From a virus (taxonomy: Duplodnaviria; Caudoviricetes): a stretch of DNA of 47,731 bases. The stretch is from positions 1 to 47,731 of the IMG/VR virus record IMGVR_UViG_3300036786_000087. One strand, 5' to 3'. Below, in pieces: positions 29,101 through 38,263 of this stretch. Numbering within the stretch: the first letter of the stretch is position 1; each line of letters opens with the position of its first letter. Below the pieces are notes generated by a model. The model made no database searches and had not been told where the DNA came from. It saw only the letters and a list, made by a program, of their open reading frames with translations. The translations under genes were made by a program, and so were the position numbers.

Positions 29101-29454
29101 AGCGTTGGCGACATTGGGCCGGACATGGATCCTATCGACGTTGGGGATATTCCAGCCTTCGCTGCCGGCACCGACTCCGCCCCCGGCGGTCTCGCCCTCG
29201 TCGGCGAGAAAGGGCCGGAGCTGGAGAACCTGCCGCGCGGCGCCGGCATCACGCCCGCCGCCGAGACCCGGCGGCTGCTCGCGCAGAATGACAGCGGCAT
29301 CGGCTCGCTCACCTTCAACATGCCGATCTATGCGCCCGGCGCCGATCCCGCGGCTTTGGCGCGGTTGCAGAACGAGGTGCGGGACCTGAAACGTTCGCTG
29401 CCGATGCAGATCGTCACCACCGTCGCCGACGCCAGGCGTCGCAGGATCTTCTGA
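26173..29454 (+). CDS. Tail tape measure protein
   Basis: About 1093 aa, Ala/Gln-rich helical; C-terminal FAAGT..APGGLALVGEKGPEL. Confidence 0.93.
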   Translation: MSGKPQVAIRLGTDGKAQVKQDFQEIGDAGDATATRLQRRFEQQSQATQAAMAQQAATAAKLAAIQPQTAMQMQVSQAVGTGFGADFEGSARRSALAMKDLLAQEDALTQRAETLRRAVDPLYAAQQRYDTEIREANTLLAAGRIGQDVHTAAVTASQLALARAKKELDGHTSSLGLNRMQAITAQSAVLRFTDAILAGRSPLTAFALEAHKGAEVLSLDDGGMAGGLAKVGALITPVSIGIAAVAAVTVAGGIAWYNYAAALAKLDAAAQGTGRILGETGQQLEDNARTAAAAANISVGSAEQIETAYLPVAKSRDVLVGLTAVTKDFAAATSQDLGHAQQELAGDFGNTIAGAQDLASKYGVLNQAQVERIAKLVEEGDLQKAQKQLLVDIQGAFDGASHHADGLAGSIHNIGVEAQNAWHWLGKMLDQYGWIAVYATNAQAGLALAPGGGRAPNAGAAPGNQAMSGAMALVRGYQGDDRSQIQSNIGTIRSAMALGGTPQQLQQLTQLLEANEHALQTWIPAQQKKIELDQLAARAAAAKTPAEKQAVAAERQRLELAGQVVTYADAQAQATAKGAQAAEQASKKHDKHAESLAREAAAMGVDTEASLKLAEGYLQMGASEIVLEARRKAMTDATKKGIDVEAQVRRQVALAVAEGAATQAKAVGQLREQNAVRADVNDQVAAGTLAAADYNQALHDEDALRPLLKLKLVAHGEALQIVTELIKAQTDALRKQHEEEARAAALTATDAALRGASDTLALMQYAGDPQARALAAARLAAQHEADDKHFVGDDRTNFLRARSDEAQANLASQRADFVAKTLDDQRDGIALTERERELQLVAANDNYRQAELDKLRMILELKKEGIDPESAQGKAILANVAAYDAEQAKLKQLTANMQELKGFGDQFLDDFLNPDNWTNWHDFALKMLKDIEAELIKLSLLNPLKNWLLGEHNPTGSSIFGLIGKLLGGTTGGSPISVGDIGPDMDPIDVGDIPAFAAGTDSAPGGLALVGEKGPELENLPRGAGITPAAETRRLLAQNDSGIGSLTFNMPIYAPGADPAALARLQNEVRDLKRSLPMQIVTTVADARRRRIF

Positions 29455-30170
29455 TGGCGCTCACCTATCCGCGCGATATGCCGGCCAAGGGCCGGGCCGG
29501 CCAGCAATTCGACATCTACCGGATCGATTATTCGGCGCCGGAGGCCGGCGGCGCGCTCGGCGGCATCCAGTCCGGCGTGCCGCGCTTCTATTCGATCTGG
29601 ACGCTCGGCAAGATGGGCGCCGACGCCTCCGACGCCCTGCAGGCCTTCGCCGATTCGATGCGCGGCGGCCAGCGCCGCTTCTACGGGCGCGATCTCAGCC
29701 GGCCCTATCCGAAGCTCTATCAGGGTGGCTTCGCGCGGATGCGCCGGACCGGCGGCGCGCCGTTCGACGGCAGCGCCACGTCCTGGTCGGAAACCACCGA
29801 TGCCGAGGATAACAGCCTGCTCACGCTCGGCGGCCTCGCCGCCGGCCTGATCCTGTCGATCCGCGATTATGTCGGCTTCAAATGGGACTGCGGCGGCGAC
29901 CCTGAGGGCAGCTACAAGGGCCGCGCACTGGTCCGCCTGGTCGAGCCCGCCATCGTCGACGGCGCCGGCTCGGTCACCGTCAACGTCGAGCCGGCGGTGC
30001 CGGCGATCGTGCCCGAGGGTGCGATCGCCCATCTCGACAATCCGTGCTGCATCATGGGCCTGATGACGGACCAGAACAGCACGCTCGGTTATACCCAGCT
30101 CGGGCCGATCGACCGCAGCCTCGCCATGCAGAGCGGGACGATCGTCGCGCTGCAGGATTTGCGGCTGTGA
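29454..30170 (+). CDS. Distal tail protein
   Basis: Synteny after the tape measure gene. Confidence 0.7.
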   Translation: MALTYPRDMPAKGRAGQQFDIYRIDYSAPEAGGALGGIQSGVPRFYSIWTLGKMGADASDALQAFADSMRGGQRRFYGRDLSRPYPKLYQGGFARMRRTGGAPFDGSATSWSETTDAEDNSLLTLGGLAAGLILSIRDYVGFKWDCGGDPEGSYKGRALVRLVEPAIVDGAGSVTVNVEPAVPAIVPEGAIAHLDNPCCIMGLMTDQNSTLGYTQLGPIDRSLAMQSGTIVALQDLRL

Positions 30171-30838
30171 AGAGCTTTTCCGACGCCGCGATGGCGGAGA
30201 TCGTCGCCGGCACGGCGCTGGCCGGCGGCGCCGTCGAAATCCTGTCCGATCCGCCGGTGCGGGTGTGGACCGGCTACGGGACGCTGCCGCTGACGATCGC
30301 CGGCACGGTCACCAATTTCACCGGCGTCGGCGACCACGGCCTCGCCCAGGTCTCCGGCTCCGCGCTCGGCGGGTCGGAGCAGAGCGTGACGCTCAGCCTT
30401 TCCAACATCGATCCGGCCCTGATCGCCCTCTTCGACGCGAGCGAGGTCAAGGACGCGCCGACCACGCTCTGGCGCCTGATCTTCAAGGGCGACGCCAAGA
30501 CCCTGCTCGACTATCACATCTACCAGCGCGGCCGGCTCGATCAGATCCCGGTCAACGAAGTTGTCGGCGGCACCGCGACGATCAGCGCGTTGCTCGAAAC
30601 GGCCGCGCGCGGCCTCGGCCGGCAGGGCGGCCGCATGCGCACCGACGCCGACCAAAGGCTGATCGCGGCGAACGACGGCTTCTTCAAGAACGTCTCCTAC
30701 GCTGGGCAGAAGACTCTTTATTGGGGCGGAAAGCCGCCTTCGACCGCCGCCGGCGCGCTTCCCAATTCGACCGTGATCGGCGCGATCGGGGGCATCGGCA
30801 CCACCGGCATGGGCCGGCGCGAGGTCGGGCGGGACTGA
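30167..30838 (+). CDS. Tail tip/hub protein (gpL-like)
   Basis: RVWTGYG..FTGVG..LSLS.ID..T.ADQR..DGFF..LYWG. Confidence 0.7.
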   Translation: MKSFSDAAMAEIVAGTALAGGAVEILSDPPVRVWTGYGTLPLTIAGTVTNFTGVGDHGLAQVSGSALGGSEQSVTLSLSNIDPALIALFDASEVKDAPTTLWRLIFKGDAKTLLDYHIYQRGRLDQIPVNEVVGGTATISALLETAARGLGRQGGRMRTDADQRLIAANDGFFKNVSYAGQKTLYWGGKPPSTAAGALPNSTVIGAIGGIGTTGMGRREVGRD

Positions 30839-30839
30839 T

Positions 30840-31253
30840 ATGCGCGATCTCCAGGCCTTGGTCCGCTTCCTCGGGGAGCGGGCGGCGATCCCGCACGTCT
30901 GGCGCAAGGGGCGCTGCTGCGTCTCCTTCGCGCTGGCGGCCGCCGCGGCGCAGACCGGGCGCGACGTCCTCGGCACCCTGCCCGGATGGCGCAACGCCGC
31001 CCAGGCGAAGAAGGTGGCCGACGATCTCGGCGGGCTCGAGGCGGCGGTCGACGCGCGCTATCGCCGCATCGCGCCCGCCATGGCTCGGCGCGGCGATATC
31101 GGCGGGATCGCGGACGCCGAATTCGGGGTCGCGCTGATGATCGTCGAGGGCCGCACCCTCGTCGGGCCGGGTGCGCGCGGCCTGAAGCGGCTGCCGCGCC
31201 GCGCCATGATCGCGGCCTGGTCGATCGAGGCCGTGGAGCCGGCGCATGAGTAA
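30840..31253 (+). CDS. Tail assembly protein (DUF6950/NlpC-P60-like)
   Basis: W..CCVSFA..QTGRD..ARRGDI..AW. Confidence 0.7.
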   Translation: MRDLQALVRFLGERAAIPHVWRKGRCCVSFALAAAAAQTGRDVLGTLPGWRNAAQAKKVADDLGGLEAAVDARYRRIAPAMARRGDIGGIADAEFGVALMIVEGRTLVGPGARGLKRLPRRAMIAAWSIEAVEPAHE

Positions 31254-33444
31254 GATCATCGGCGCCGCCGAGATCGTCGCCGGCATCGTGCTGGAGTTCG
31301 TGCCCGGCGGCCAGGCGCTCGGGACACAGCTCATCATCTCCGGCGTCGTCACCGAGGCGACGGCCCTGCTGACGCCCTCGGCCAAGCAGCAGCAGCGTCA
31401 GGCCGAGGTCACCACGCTCTCGATCGGCGAGGTCGCGCGCGAGGTGATCTATGGCGAGGCGCTGACCGGCGGCTCGCTGGTCGATGCGTTCGACTTTGGC
31501 GGCCAATACGACACCGATTGGGAAGTGCTGGTGGTAGCGCTCGCCGATCGCGAGTGCGACGCGCTGGTCGGCTATTACGTCAACGACACGTTCGTCACCT
31601 ACGCAGGCGATGGGGCGGTTGCCGGCTATAACGGCCAGCTCGAAGTCTATTGGCGCAGCGGCGCGGCCGGTCAGACCTTGCCCTCGATCATCACCGCGCA
31701 CGGGCCCGGCTGGACCGCCGACGACGTCGGAACCGGAATATGCTATGCGGCCTTTGCCTACAAGGCCGACACGTCGGATCAGAAGAACCCGGTCTGGCCT
31801 GGCGGCAGGCCGAGCTTCAAGGCGCTGGTCAAGGGCGCTAAATGCTATAGCGGCCGCCTTGACGGAAGCCTGGCCGGCGGTGCCGGCGCGCATCGGCGCG
31901 AGGATCCTTCCACTTGGGCGTGGACCGAAAACCCGATCGACTGCCGGTACGATTGGGAGCGCGGATCCTATGCCCTCAACCAGGTCGACGATCCGACCAT
32001 GCTGCTCGTCGGCCGTGGGCTGTCGGCGATCGAGGCGCCGCCGGAAAACACGTTCGCGCCGGCCAATGTCTGCGACGAAAGCGTGTCGACGGACGCCGGG
32101 ACCGAGGCGCGCTACCGGATCGGCGGCGTGATCGAGGCCGATGCGGCCTTTATCGACACGGAGGAGATGTTCGCGGCCGCCTGCGCGGGCGTGATCCACC
32201 AGCCCGAAGGCGCGGTCGAGATCGAGCCCGGCCAGGCCAAGAGCGCCGTCGTCACCATCACCGACGACGATCTGCTGGTCGGCTCCAGCGTCACCGTCTC
32301 CGACTATCTCAGCCGTGCCGACGATGCCTGGGTCAACACCGTCGTCCCGCGCTACGTCGAGCCGACGCAGGAATGGCAGGATCATGGCGCGCCGATCCGC
32401 CGCGTCGACGCCGACGTCGCCGCCGACGGCGGCTCGCGCGAGCAGACGCTCAGCCTCTCGCTCGTCCATTGGGCGACCCAGGCCGGGCGCTGCGGCGAGA
32501 TCGCGCGCCGCCTCGGCCGCCTGTGGCGGCGGGCGGGGATCACGCTCGGTCCGCGCTTCTGCGAGATCGAGCAAGGCGACTGGATCAACTGGACGTCGGC
32601 CCGCTATTTCGGCGGCGCGACGATCTGCTTCCGGGTCGAAGCCTATTCGCTCGACGAGAAGTGGCAGAACACGCTGACCCTGCGCGAGATCGCCGCCTCG
32701 GTCTATGCCGACGACGTTCCCGGCATCGACGACGGCGCGATCGTCTCGACGCCGACGGCGCCGGCGCTGACGACCGCGCCCGGCGCGAGCGCCTGGTCGC
32801 TCGCGGCCGCCCAGCTCGGCGCCGCCGCCCAGATGCCGGCCTTGGTCGTCACCGGCGCGGTCGACAGCGTCTATGCGACCGCGATCGTCTTCGAATATCG
32901 GGTCGACGACGGCACCGATCCGGCCTTGGCCACCGATTGGCGGCAGGCCGGAACCACGGTGCCATCGGTGACGTGCCGCGAGATCACCAGCGTCGCGCCG
33001 AAGACGGCCTATTATGCGGCCGTCTCTTACCGCGTGGCGAGCATTGTCACCGATCGCCGCATCCTCGGCCCGGAGACCGCCGGTGCGCTGCTCGGCACCA
33101 GCGGGGCGCTTCGGATCACCAGCCAGTCGGTCGATTATCCGATGTCGAGCGACGACACCAGCATCACCGTCTCCGCCTTTACCGGCGTGCTGAGCGACGG
33201 CGAAAGCTACAGCTTCCCGGGCGGGTCGGTTTCATCACTGGCGTCGGGATCGTCCTTCGGCCTGTTCCGGGATCGCTCGGCCTCGGCCTATCTCGCGACA
33301 GCCTTTCCGTCGGCAAGCGAGATGGCCGACCAGGACAACGTCTTCATGGGCTGGCTGTCGACCTCGACGAGCGGGACCTTCCCGACGCCGCCGACATCCC
33401 CGGGCGGCTTCGGCGGCATGGGCAGCGTGCCGCGCAACCTCTGA
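31246..33444 (+). CDS. Central tail tip protein (gpJ-like)
   Basis: REVIYG, VKGAKCY, W.WTENP, ANVCDE.V, RYRIGGVI, GDWI. Confidence 0.85.
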   Translation: MSKIIGAAEIVAGIVLEFVPGGQALGTQLIISGVVTEATALLTPSAKQQQRQAEVTTLSIGEVAREVIYGEALTGGSLVDAFDFGGQYDTDWEVLVVALADRECDALVGYYVNDTFVTYAGDGAVAGYNGQLEVYWRSGAAGQTLPSIITAHGPGWTADDVGTGICYAAFAYKADTSDQKNPVWPGGRPSFKALVKGAKCYSGRLDGSLAGGAGAHRREDPSTWAWTENPIDCRYDWERGSYALNQVDDPTMLLVGRGLSAIEAPPENTFAPANVCDESVSTDAGTEARYRIGGVIEADAAFIDTEEMFAAACAGVIHQPEGAVEIEPGQAKSAVVTITDDDLLVGSSVTVSDYLSRADDAWVNTVVPRYVEPTQEWQDHGAPIRRVDADVAADGGSREQTLSLSLVHWATQAGRCGEIARRLGRLWRRAGITLGPRFCEIEQGDWINWTSARYFGGATICFRVEAYSLDEKWQNTLTLREIAASVYADDVPGIDDGAIVSTPTAPALTTAPGASAWSLAAAQLGAAAQMPALVVTGAVDSVYATAIVFEYRVDDGTDPALATDWRQAGTTVPSVTCREITSVAPKTAYYAAVSYRVASIVTDRRILGPETAGALLGTSGALRITSQSVDYPMSSDDTSITVSAFTGVLSDGESYSFPGGSVSSLASGSSFGLFRDRSASAYLATAFPSASEMADQDNVFMGWLSTSTSGTFPTPPTSPGGFGGMGSVPRNL

Positions 33445-33459
33445 GAAAAGGAAAAGGGA

Positions 33460-33825
33460 ATGGCAGCGCGCCAGCTCTGGTGCCGCATGAGCGTCGGCTT
33501 CTTCGGCGAATATACGCTGAGCAATCCCAACGGATTGGCGGTCGATATCACCGGATGGACCTTCGCCCAGGTGCTCGAACGCGTCGCGGGCACGCCCGAT
33601 GTCACGCTCGGCATGGCCGCGACGGCCGATGACGAGGGCTTCTTCATCACCGAGGCCGCGGCCGGCAATTACCAGGTGCGCATCCTGGCCGCGACATTGG
33701 TCGCGATCGACGACACGACCGGCGACTTCACCATGTTCGGGGACATCATCGGCACGCGGCCCGACGCGACCCGTGCTTGGATCGAAGATCAGCAACTTGA
33801 AGTGACGATGGGGCCTACACCGTGA
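33460..33825 (+). CDS. Putative tail fibre adaptor
   Basis: VDITGWTF motif; position before the receptor-binding protein. Confidence 0.55.
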   Translation: MAARQLWCRMSVGFFGEYTLSNPNGLAVDITGWTFAQVLERVAGTPDVTLGMAATADDEGFFITEAAAGNYQVRILAATLVAIDDTTGDFTMFGDIIGTRPDATRAWIEDQQLEVTMGPTP

Positions 33826-35264
33826 GCGACATCTATCAGCAGACACTCCAGCAGCAGAGCTTCGATCAGGAACTCGCCGGCGCCCGCGGCGAGGGCCTCA
33901 CCGAATGGGCGACGCGGATCTACGGATCGGTCGAGGCCGCGCTGGTGGCGATTGCCGGCGGCGCGGCGACCACGGCATCGGCGGCCGCGATCGCGGCGGC
34001 GGAGAGCGAGGCGCAGACGCAGGCGCTCTATGACCAGTTCGCCAGCGGCTATGCTCCACAGGGTCCGGTGATGGACCTCGATGTGATCATCGGGCAGTCG
34101 CTCAGCGTCGCGCGCGGGCCGCAGATCACGACCGCGGCGCAGATCGTTCCCAACGCCTACATGTTCAATGGCGGCCTGGAGGCCTTCACCTTCAACCAGC
34201 CCACCAACCCCAATCAGACGACCGAGCCACAGCACCCCGACAATTACGCGTCGATGGTGCCGATGGCGCCGATCTCCGGCGTCGAAAGCCTGGGCCCCGG
34301 AATGGCCTATCAGTCCTCGCTGGTCGGCCATCCATGCTTCTTCTTCTCGGCCGGAATGGGGAGCCAGTCGGCACGGCAGCTGCGCAAGGGGAACATCTAC
34401 TTCACCAACTTCGCCTACGGCCTCTATCGCGCCTGCGCGCTGATCCGCGCCGCCGGATATGAGCCGAATCTCCACCTCTTTTTTTCCCAGGGCCATGCGA
34501 ATGCCAATCAGACGACGGACGGCAACAACACGGGTGAGACCGAGACCACGACGGCGGATTATCTGACGGCCACGACAGGCAGCGGCAAGCTCTTCCAGAC
34601 GATGCTGCTCGCCGCCTCCTACGCGCTCGGGCGCGTCTGGCTCGGCCCGATCTGGGTCGACCCGCTCCTGACCGGCGGAGCGTCCGGTCCGGCCTATACG
34701 CTGACGGGCCGCAAGAATATCGCGGCGGCCCAGCTCGCGATGCGCAGCTCCTATGTGAGGCTGCTGCCGGCATGGTCGCAATTCGTGAACTACGGCGAGG
34801 CGGATCTCGTCCATCCGGGTGGTCAGGGTTTCCGCTACCGCGCCGAGCTGTTCAAGGCGTTCGCCCAGAAGGCGACGATTCGGCCGCCGGTGATGCTGTC
34901 GAAGGCCGTGGTCGGCTCGACGGTCGAGCTCACCTTCGATCAGCCGGTGCGGGTCTCGACGCGCATCGTCGACGCGACCGGCCTGCCGGGGAAGAAGGGG
35001 TTCGAGCTGTTCGACAGCACGGGCGCGTCCGTCACCATCAACAGCGTCGCCAACCATCCGACGACGTCGACCAAGATCGTGCTGACGCCCGCCTCCGTTT
35101 CGGGGCTCACGGGACCGTGGGCTGTGCGCGCCGGGCTTCACCAGGTCACTTCCGGCACGGCCTCCGTCTCGTTCCCGCGCACCCATATCGTCGGGACGAC
35201 AGATGTCGGCACGGCCGAGGACGGCACCGTTATGGAAAACCCGCAGCCAGCGCAGGAGATCTGA
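33822..35264 (+). CDS. Receptor-binding protein with SGNH/SASA-type carbohydrate esterase domain
   Basis: IIGQSLS, FFSQGHAN, DLVHP; C-terminal Ig-like VELTFDQPV. Confidence 0.72.
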   Translation: MSDIYQQTLQQQSFDQELAGARGEGLTEWATRIYGSVEAALVAIAGGAATTASAAAIAAAESEAQTQALYDQFASGYAPQGPVMDLDVIIGQSLSVARGPQITTAAQIVPNAYMFNGGLEAFTFNQPTNPNQTTEPQHPDNYASMVPMAPISGVESLGPGMAYQSSLVGHPCFFFSAGMGSQSARQLRKGNIYFTNFAYGLYRACALIRAAGYEPNLHLFFSQGHANANQTTDGNNTGETETTTADYLTATTGSGKLFQTMLLAASYALGRVWLGPIWVDPLLTGGASGPAYTLTGRKNIAAAQLAMRSSYVRLLPAWSQFVNYGEADLVHPGGQGFRYRAELFKAFAQKATIRPPVMLSKAVVGSTVELTFDQPVRVSTRIVDATGLPGKKGFELFDSTGASVTINSVANHPTTSTKIVLTPASVSGLTGPWAVRAGLHQVTSGTASVSFPRTHIVGTTDVGTAEDGTVMENPQPAQEI

Positions 35265-35267
35265 CAC

Positions 35268-36020
35268 GTGAGCATGCAAAGCGACATTCCCGGGCTGGTC
35301 GGACACTGGCGCACCCAGGCGCGCGGCTATGACAGCAATCAGCTCCGGCTGACCGATCTCTCGGGCTTCAGCAACCACCTGCCGCTCGTGCAGGGCACGC
35401 CCGACTTCACCCAGACCAAGGGCGGCCACACCGGCTGGAAGATGCACGGCGACGCGATGTTCGGCCGCGAGAACATCCTGCCGCCCTGCTTCACCTTCAT
35501 CATTGTCGAATATCCCGCCCTGAATGCCGGGAATACCTTTTACCCGCTCTATGCGACGCATCGCACCTATACCGATCTCGGCGATCCGGCTTGGCAGTCG
35601 CCTACCGATTCTCTCACCACGACGCCGCCGACCAATGGCGGCACCGCGCTCATGTTCAGGCTGGCCGGAACGGCGGCGCTGTTTGGCGATCTCACCTTCA
35701 AGAGCGTGTCGACGACGTTCACCAGCGGCGCCTGGAATGTCTTCTCGATGGTGCTCCAGCCCCAAGGCGGTTTTCGTAAGCTGGCCATCAACAACGGCAC
35801 GCCGCAGGTATCCGCCCTGCCTGAGCCGACGCTGAACAGAAACCTGCTGTTCAACGCCGCCTTCTTTCTCGGCCTCTACCCGGCGGCACCGATCACAACC
35901 AGCGGCGGCGAAAGCAACACCTGCCTGCAGGCGATGCTCTACGTTGGCGATCTTTTCCTCGAGCAGGCGACCGCCTGGGGTAATCTTGCCGCCGCGCTGA
36001 TGGCGAACCCTGAGCTCTAG
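35268..36020 (+). CDS. Concanavalin/LamG-like virion protein
   Basis: IPGLVGHW..LTDLSGFSNH.L.Q; beta-rich. Confidence 0.6.
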   Translation: MSMQSDIPGLVGHWRTQARGYDSNQLRLTDLSGFSNHLPLVQGTPDFTQTKGGHTGWKMHGDAMFGRENILPPCFTFIIVEYPALNAGNTFYPLYATHRTYTDLGDPAWQSPTDSLTTTPPTNGGTALMFRLAGTAALFGDLTFKSVSTTFTSGAWNVFSMVLQPQGGFRKLAINNGTPQVSALPEPTLNRNLLFNAAFFLGLYPAAPITTSGGESNTCLQAMLYVGDLFLEQATAWGNLAAALMANPEL

Positions 36021-36122
36021 CCGCTATTCAGTGCGCGCAGGCGGTATCGACCCGGCGCCGCCATTCCTGCGCGAACATCCAGAATTGAAATCAACCGTAA
36101 AACATCGTGTTTAGGGGCGACG

Positions 36123-36755
36123 ATGGGGCAGGCTCTTCACGACATCCTGATCGCAGGCGCATCAGGAGGTGCCGGATCAGCGATGACGTTCGCAACCGTC
36201 TGGCTTGGCCATCTGCTCAAGCGCGGAGAAAAGGAAGAAGACCGGCTGCGCGAAGACCATCGCGAATGTCTCGAGCGCGTCGCGAGGCTGGAGCTGCGCC
36301 TGGAGGCGGTGGAGCATCACCACGCCAGCCTGGTCCCGCGGTGGATCACCAATGTCGATCGCCGCATCCTGTGGATCAACGGCGCCGCGATGATGAGCAT
36401 TTTCGGCCCGTTGCAGAAATCGCGCGACGAAGTGGAGGGACATACCTTCGCCGACGTCCTGGGGATGGAGGCCTCGCGCGAGCTCGATCGGCTGGCGCGA
36501 TCCGCCCTCGCCTTTCCCGGCCGGGCGGTGAGCACCATGCTGCAGCTGCACCAGGGGCTCGGGCCAATGCACATCGTCGTCGTCGCCGGCGTCGGCCGCG
36601 ACAATGAGCTGATCTACGAAGGCTATGCCTACGGCGCCAACGATCCGGTGGACGTCCACGAGCGCGGATCGCGGCGGCAGGAGGAGCAGATCGGGCTCTC
36701 GACCCTTCGAACGCAGAACCAGGACGGCCCGGGCGCCAGCGGCGCGCCCGGCTGA
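36123..36755 (+). CDS. TM + coiled-coil + PAS-domain protein heading the lysis module
   Basis: Hydrophobic residues about 8-32, heptad stretch 35-65, PAS pattern WITNVDRRILWINGAA..SRDEVEGHTFADVL. Confidence 0.75.
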   Translation: MGQALHDILIAGASGGAGSAMTFATVWLGHLLKRGEKEEDRLREDHRECLERVARLELRLEAVEHHHASLVPRWITNVDRRILWINGAAMMSIFGPLQKSRDEVEGHTFADVLGMEASRELDRLARSALAFPGRAVSTMLQLHQGLGPMHIVVVAGVGRDNELIYEGYAYGANDPVDVHERGSRRQEEQIGLSTLRTQNQDGPGASGAPG

Positions 36756-36777
36756 TCGACACCGAAAGGAAAGCAAG

Positions 36778-37389
36778 ATGGACGTGCTGCAATTGCAGGC
36801 GCGGCTGGCGGCGCGCGGGTTCGATCCCGGCGCCCAGGACGGCACGCTCGGCCCGCGCACCTATGCGGCGCTGTTCGGCTATGTCGCCGGCCGCGCTCTC
36901 GCCTACACCGGTCTCGCGCTCGGCCAGGCGGCGGCCGCGCATTTCGGCGCCTATGGGATCGATACGCCGCTGCGCCTGGCGCATTTCCTCGCCCAGGCGG
37001 CGCATGAGACAGGAAGCTTCCATTTCTTCCGCGAGATCTGGGGCCCGACGCCGGCGCAGCGCGGCTACGAAGGCCGCGCCGATCTCGGCAACACGCATGC
37101 CGGCGATGGCTCCTACTTCCGAGGTCGGGGCATTTTCCAGATCACAGGGCGGGCGAATTATGCGACCTATGGCGCACGGCTAGGCCTCGATCTCGTCCAC
37201 CATCCGGAGCTTGCCGAGGATCCGGCGATATCGGTCGTGATCGCCTGCGCCTATTGGCTGGCGCACGACCTCAACGTGCTGGCCGACGCCGACAATGTGG
37301 TCGCCATAACACGCGCCATCAATGGGGGCGCAAACGGCCTTTCCGATCGAGCCGAGATGCTCGTGCGCGCAAAGGCCGTGCTGCTATGA
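36778..37389 (+). CDS. Endolysin, GH19 with N-terminal peptidoglycan-binding domain
   Basis: LQARL..GFDPG..DG..GPRT; HFLAQAAHETG; RGRGIFQITGRANY; TRAINGG. Confidence 0.93.
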   Translation: MDVLQLQARLAARGFDPGAQDGTLGPRTYAALFGYVAGRALAYTGLALGQAAAAHFGAYGIDTPLRLAHFLAQAAHETGSFHFFREIWGPTPAQRGYEGRADLGNTHAGDGSYFRGRGIFQITGRANYATYGARLGLDLVHHPELAEDPAISVVIACAYWLAHDLNVLADADNVVAITRAINGGANGLSDRAEMLVRAKAVLL

Positions 37390-37646
37390 ACCGCATCGGC
37401 ACCGTCCTTCGCGGCTGGTTCACTGCCGCCGACAATAGCTCCTACGAGATCGGCCGGGCGCTCTGGGCGCTGTTCTCTCTGGCGCTGGTCGCGTTCGAGG
37501 CGGCGCACGTCTTCTGGAAATTCGATTTCGACCCGCTGCCTTACGCCGCCGCGGCCGGCTCGCTGATGGCGGCGGGCGGCAAGGGCATCGCCTGGAAGGA
37601 CCAGGGCGCGGCCGCCATCGACCCCGCGAAAGGCACTGCCTCCTAA
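37386..37646 (+). CDS. Putative holin
   Basis: 86 aa, two hydrophobic segments, coupled to the endolysin stop. Confidence 0.65.
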   Translation: MNRIGTVLRGWFTAADNSSYEIGRALWALFSLALVAFEAAHVFWKFDFDPLPYAAAAGSLMAAGGKGIAWKDQGAAAIDPAKGTAS

Positions 37647-38002
37647 TTCGGCCTCCGCGCCTGCCTGACAATATCCGTCGCGACTGTCTTGCCGAAATGG
37701 ATCGGCGTCCCGATCGGGAGGCCGAGCACGAAATCGGCGGCGGCGATGAAGGTGCGGCGTCCAGCCTCTCCCACATTGATCTCGACCGGAGCCTGCAAGC
37801 GATTCCATGCTTCGCGAAGCGCCTCGGACGTGGCAACGATCTCGCTTTCGAGGCCGCGGAGATCGTCCCACGCGCCCGCCGGCACGGAGTTCCGGCCGGC
37901 GGACCACGATTTGACCGTGTCGATCCGGACCTTGTGCAGGTCCGCGGCTTCGGCGGATGAGAGCCCGAGCCGAGCCAGGCAGGCGGCGTAGAGCGTTTTC
38001 AT
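37643..38002 (-). CDS. HTH regulator, Aca2/DUF1870-like
   Basis: LARLGLSSAEAADL..RIDTVKSWSAGRNSVP..W..L followed by a long helix; last gene of the inverted cassette. Confidence 0.7.
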   Translation of the reverse strand: MKTLYAACLARLGLSSAEAADLHKVRIDTVKSWSAGRNSVPAGAWDDLRGLESEIVATSEALREAWNRLQAPVEINVGEAGRRTFIAAADFVLGLPIGTPIHFGKTVATDIVRQARRPN

Positions 38003-38250
38003 GCGAGGCCGACCATTACCTGTCGACGGCTGTCCCAAATCGCGCCCTCGTCGATTGCATCCCGCAGGGCCGCAGCCTTGCTCTCCTGGGCCAGCGCCCA
38101 GGCCGCGTCGAGCAAATCGGCAAGCACGCGCGAAGACACCGAGGCGATGACGCCGCGCGGCAGCGCGCCAAGCATGGCCGCCACCGAGCCTGGGAAGCGG
38201 CCGATCGCCGCGCTCCGCAAAGCGCGGTTGATCTTAATATCGTGTTGCAT
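37999..38250 (-). CDS. 83-aa unknown protein, candidate anti-CRISPR/anti-defence
   Basis: GAGGAG RBS; ATGA coupling to the HTH gene. Confidence 0.75.
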   Translation of the reverse strand: MQHDIKINRALRSAAIGRFPGSVAAMLGALPRGVIASVSSRVLADLLDAAWALAQESKAAALRDAIDEGAIWDSRRQVMVGLA

Positions 38251-38257
38251 GTATACT
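38228..38257 (+). promoter_or_regulatory. Sigma70 promoter for the repeat-like sRNA
   Basis: TTGATC(38228)-N18-TATACT(38252); predicted +1 at G38264. Confidence 0.65.
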
Positions 38258-38263
38258 CTCCTC

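Noticed and set aside
29098-29155. Short duplicated ISVGDI/IDVGDI segment in the tape measure gene
   Set aside because: Small duplication in a variable linker; no evidence of separate function
31246-36020. Diversity-generating retroelement or invertible tail-fibre system
   Set aside because: No reverse transcriptase, invertase or template/variable repeat pair seen
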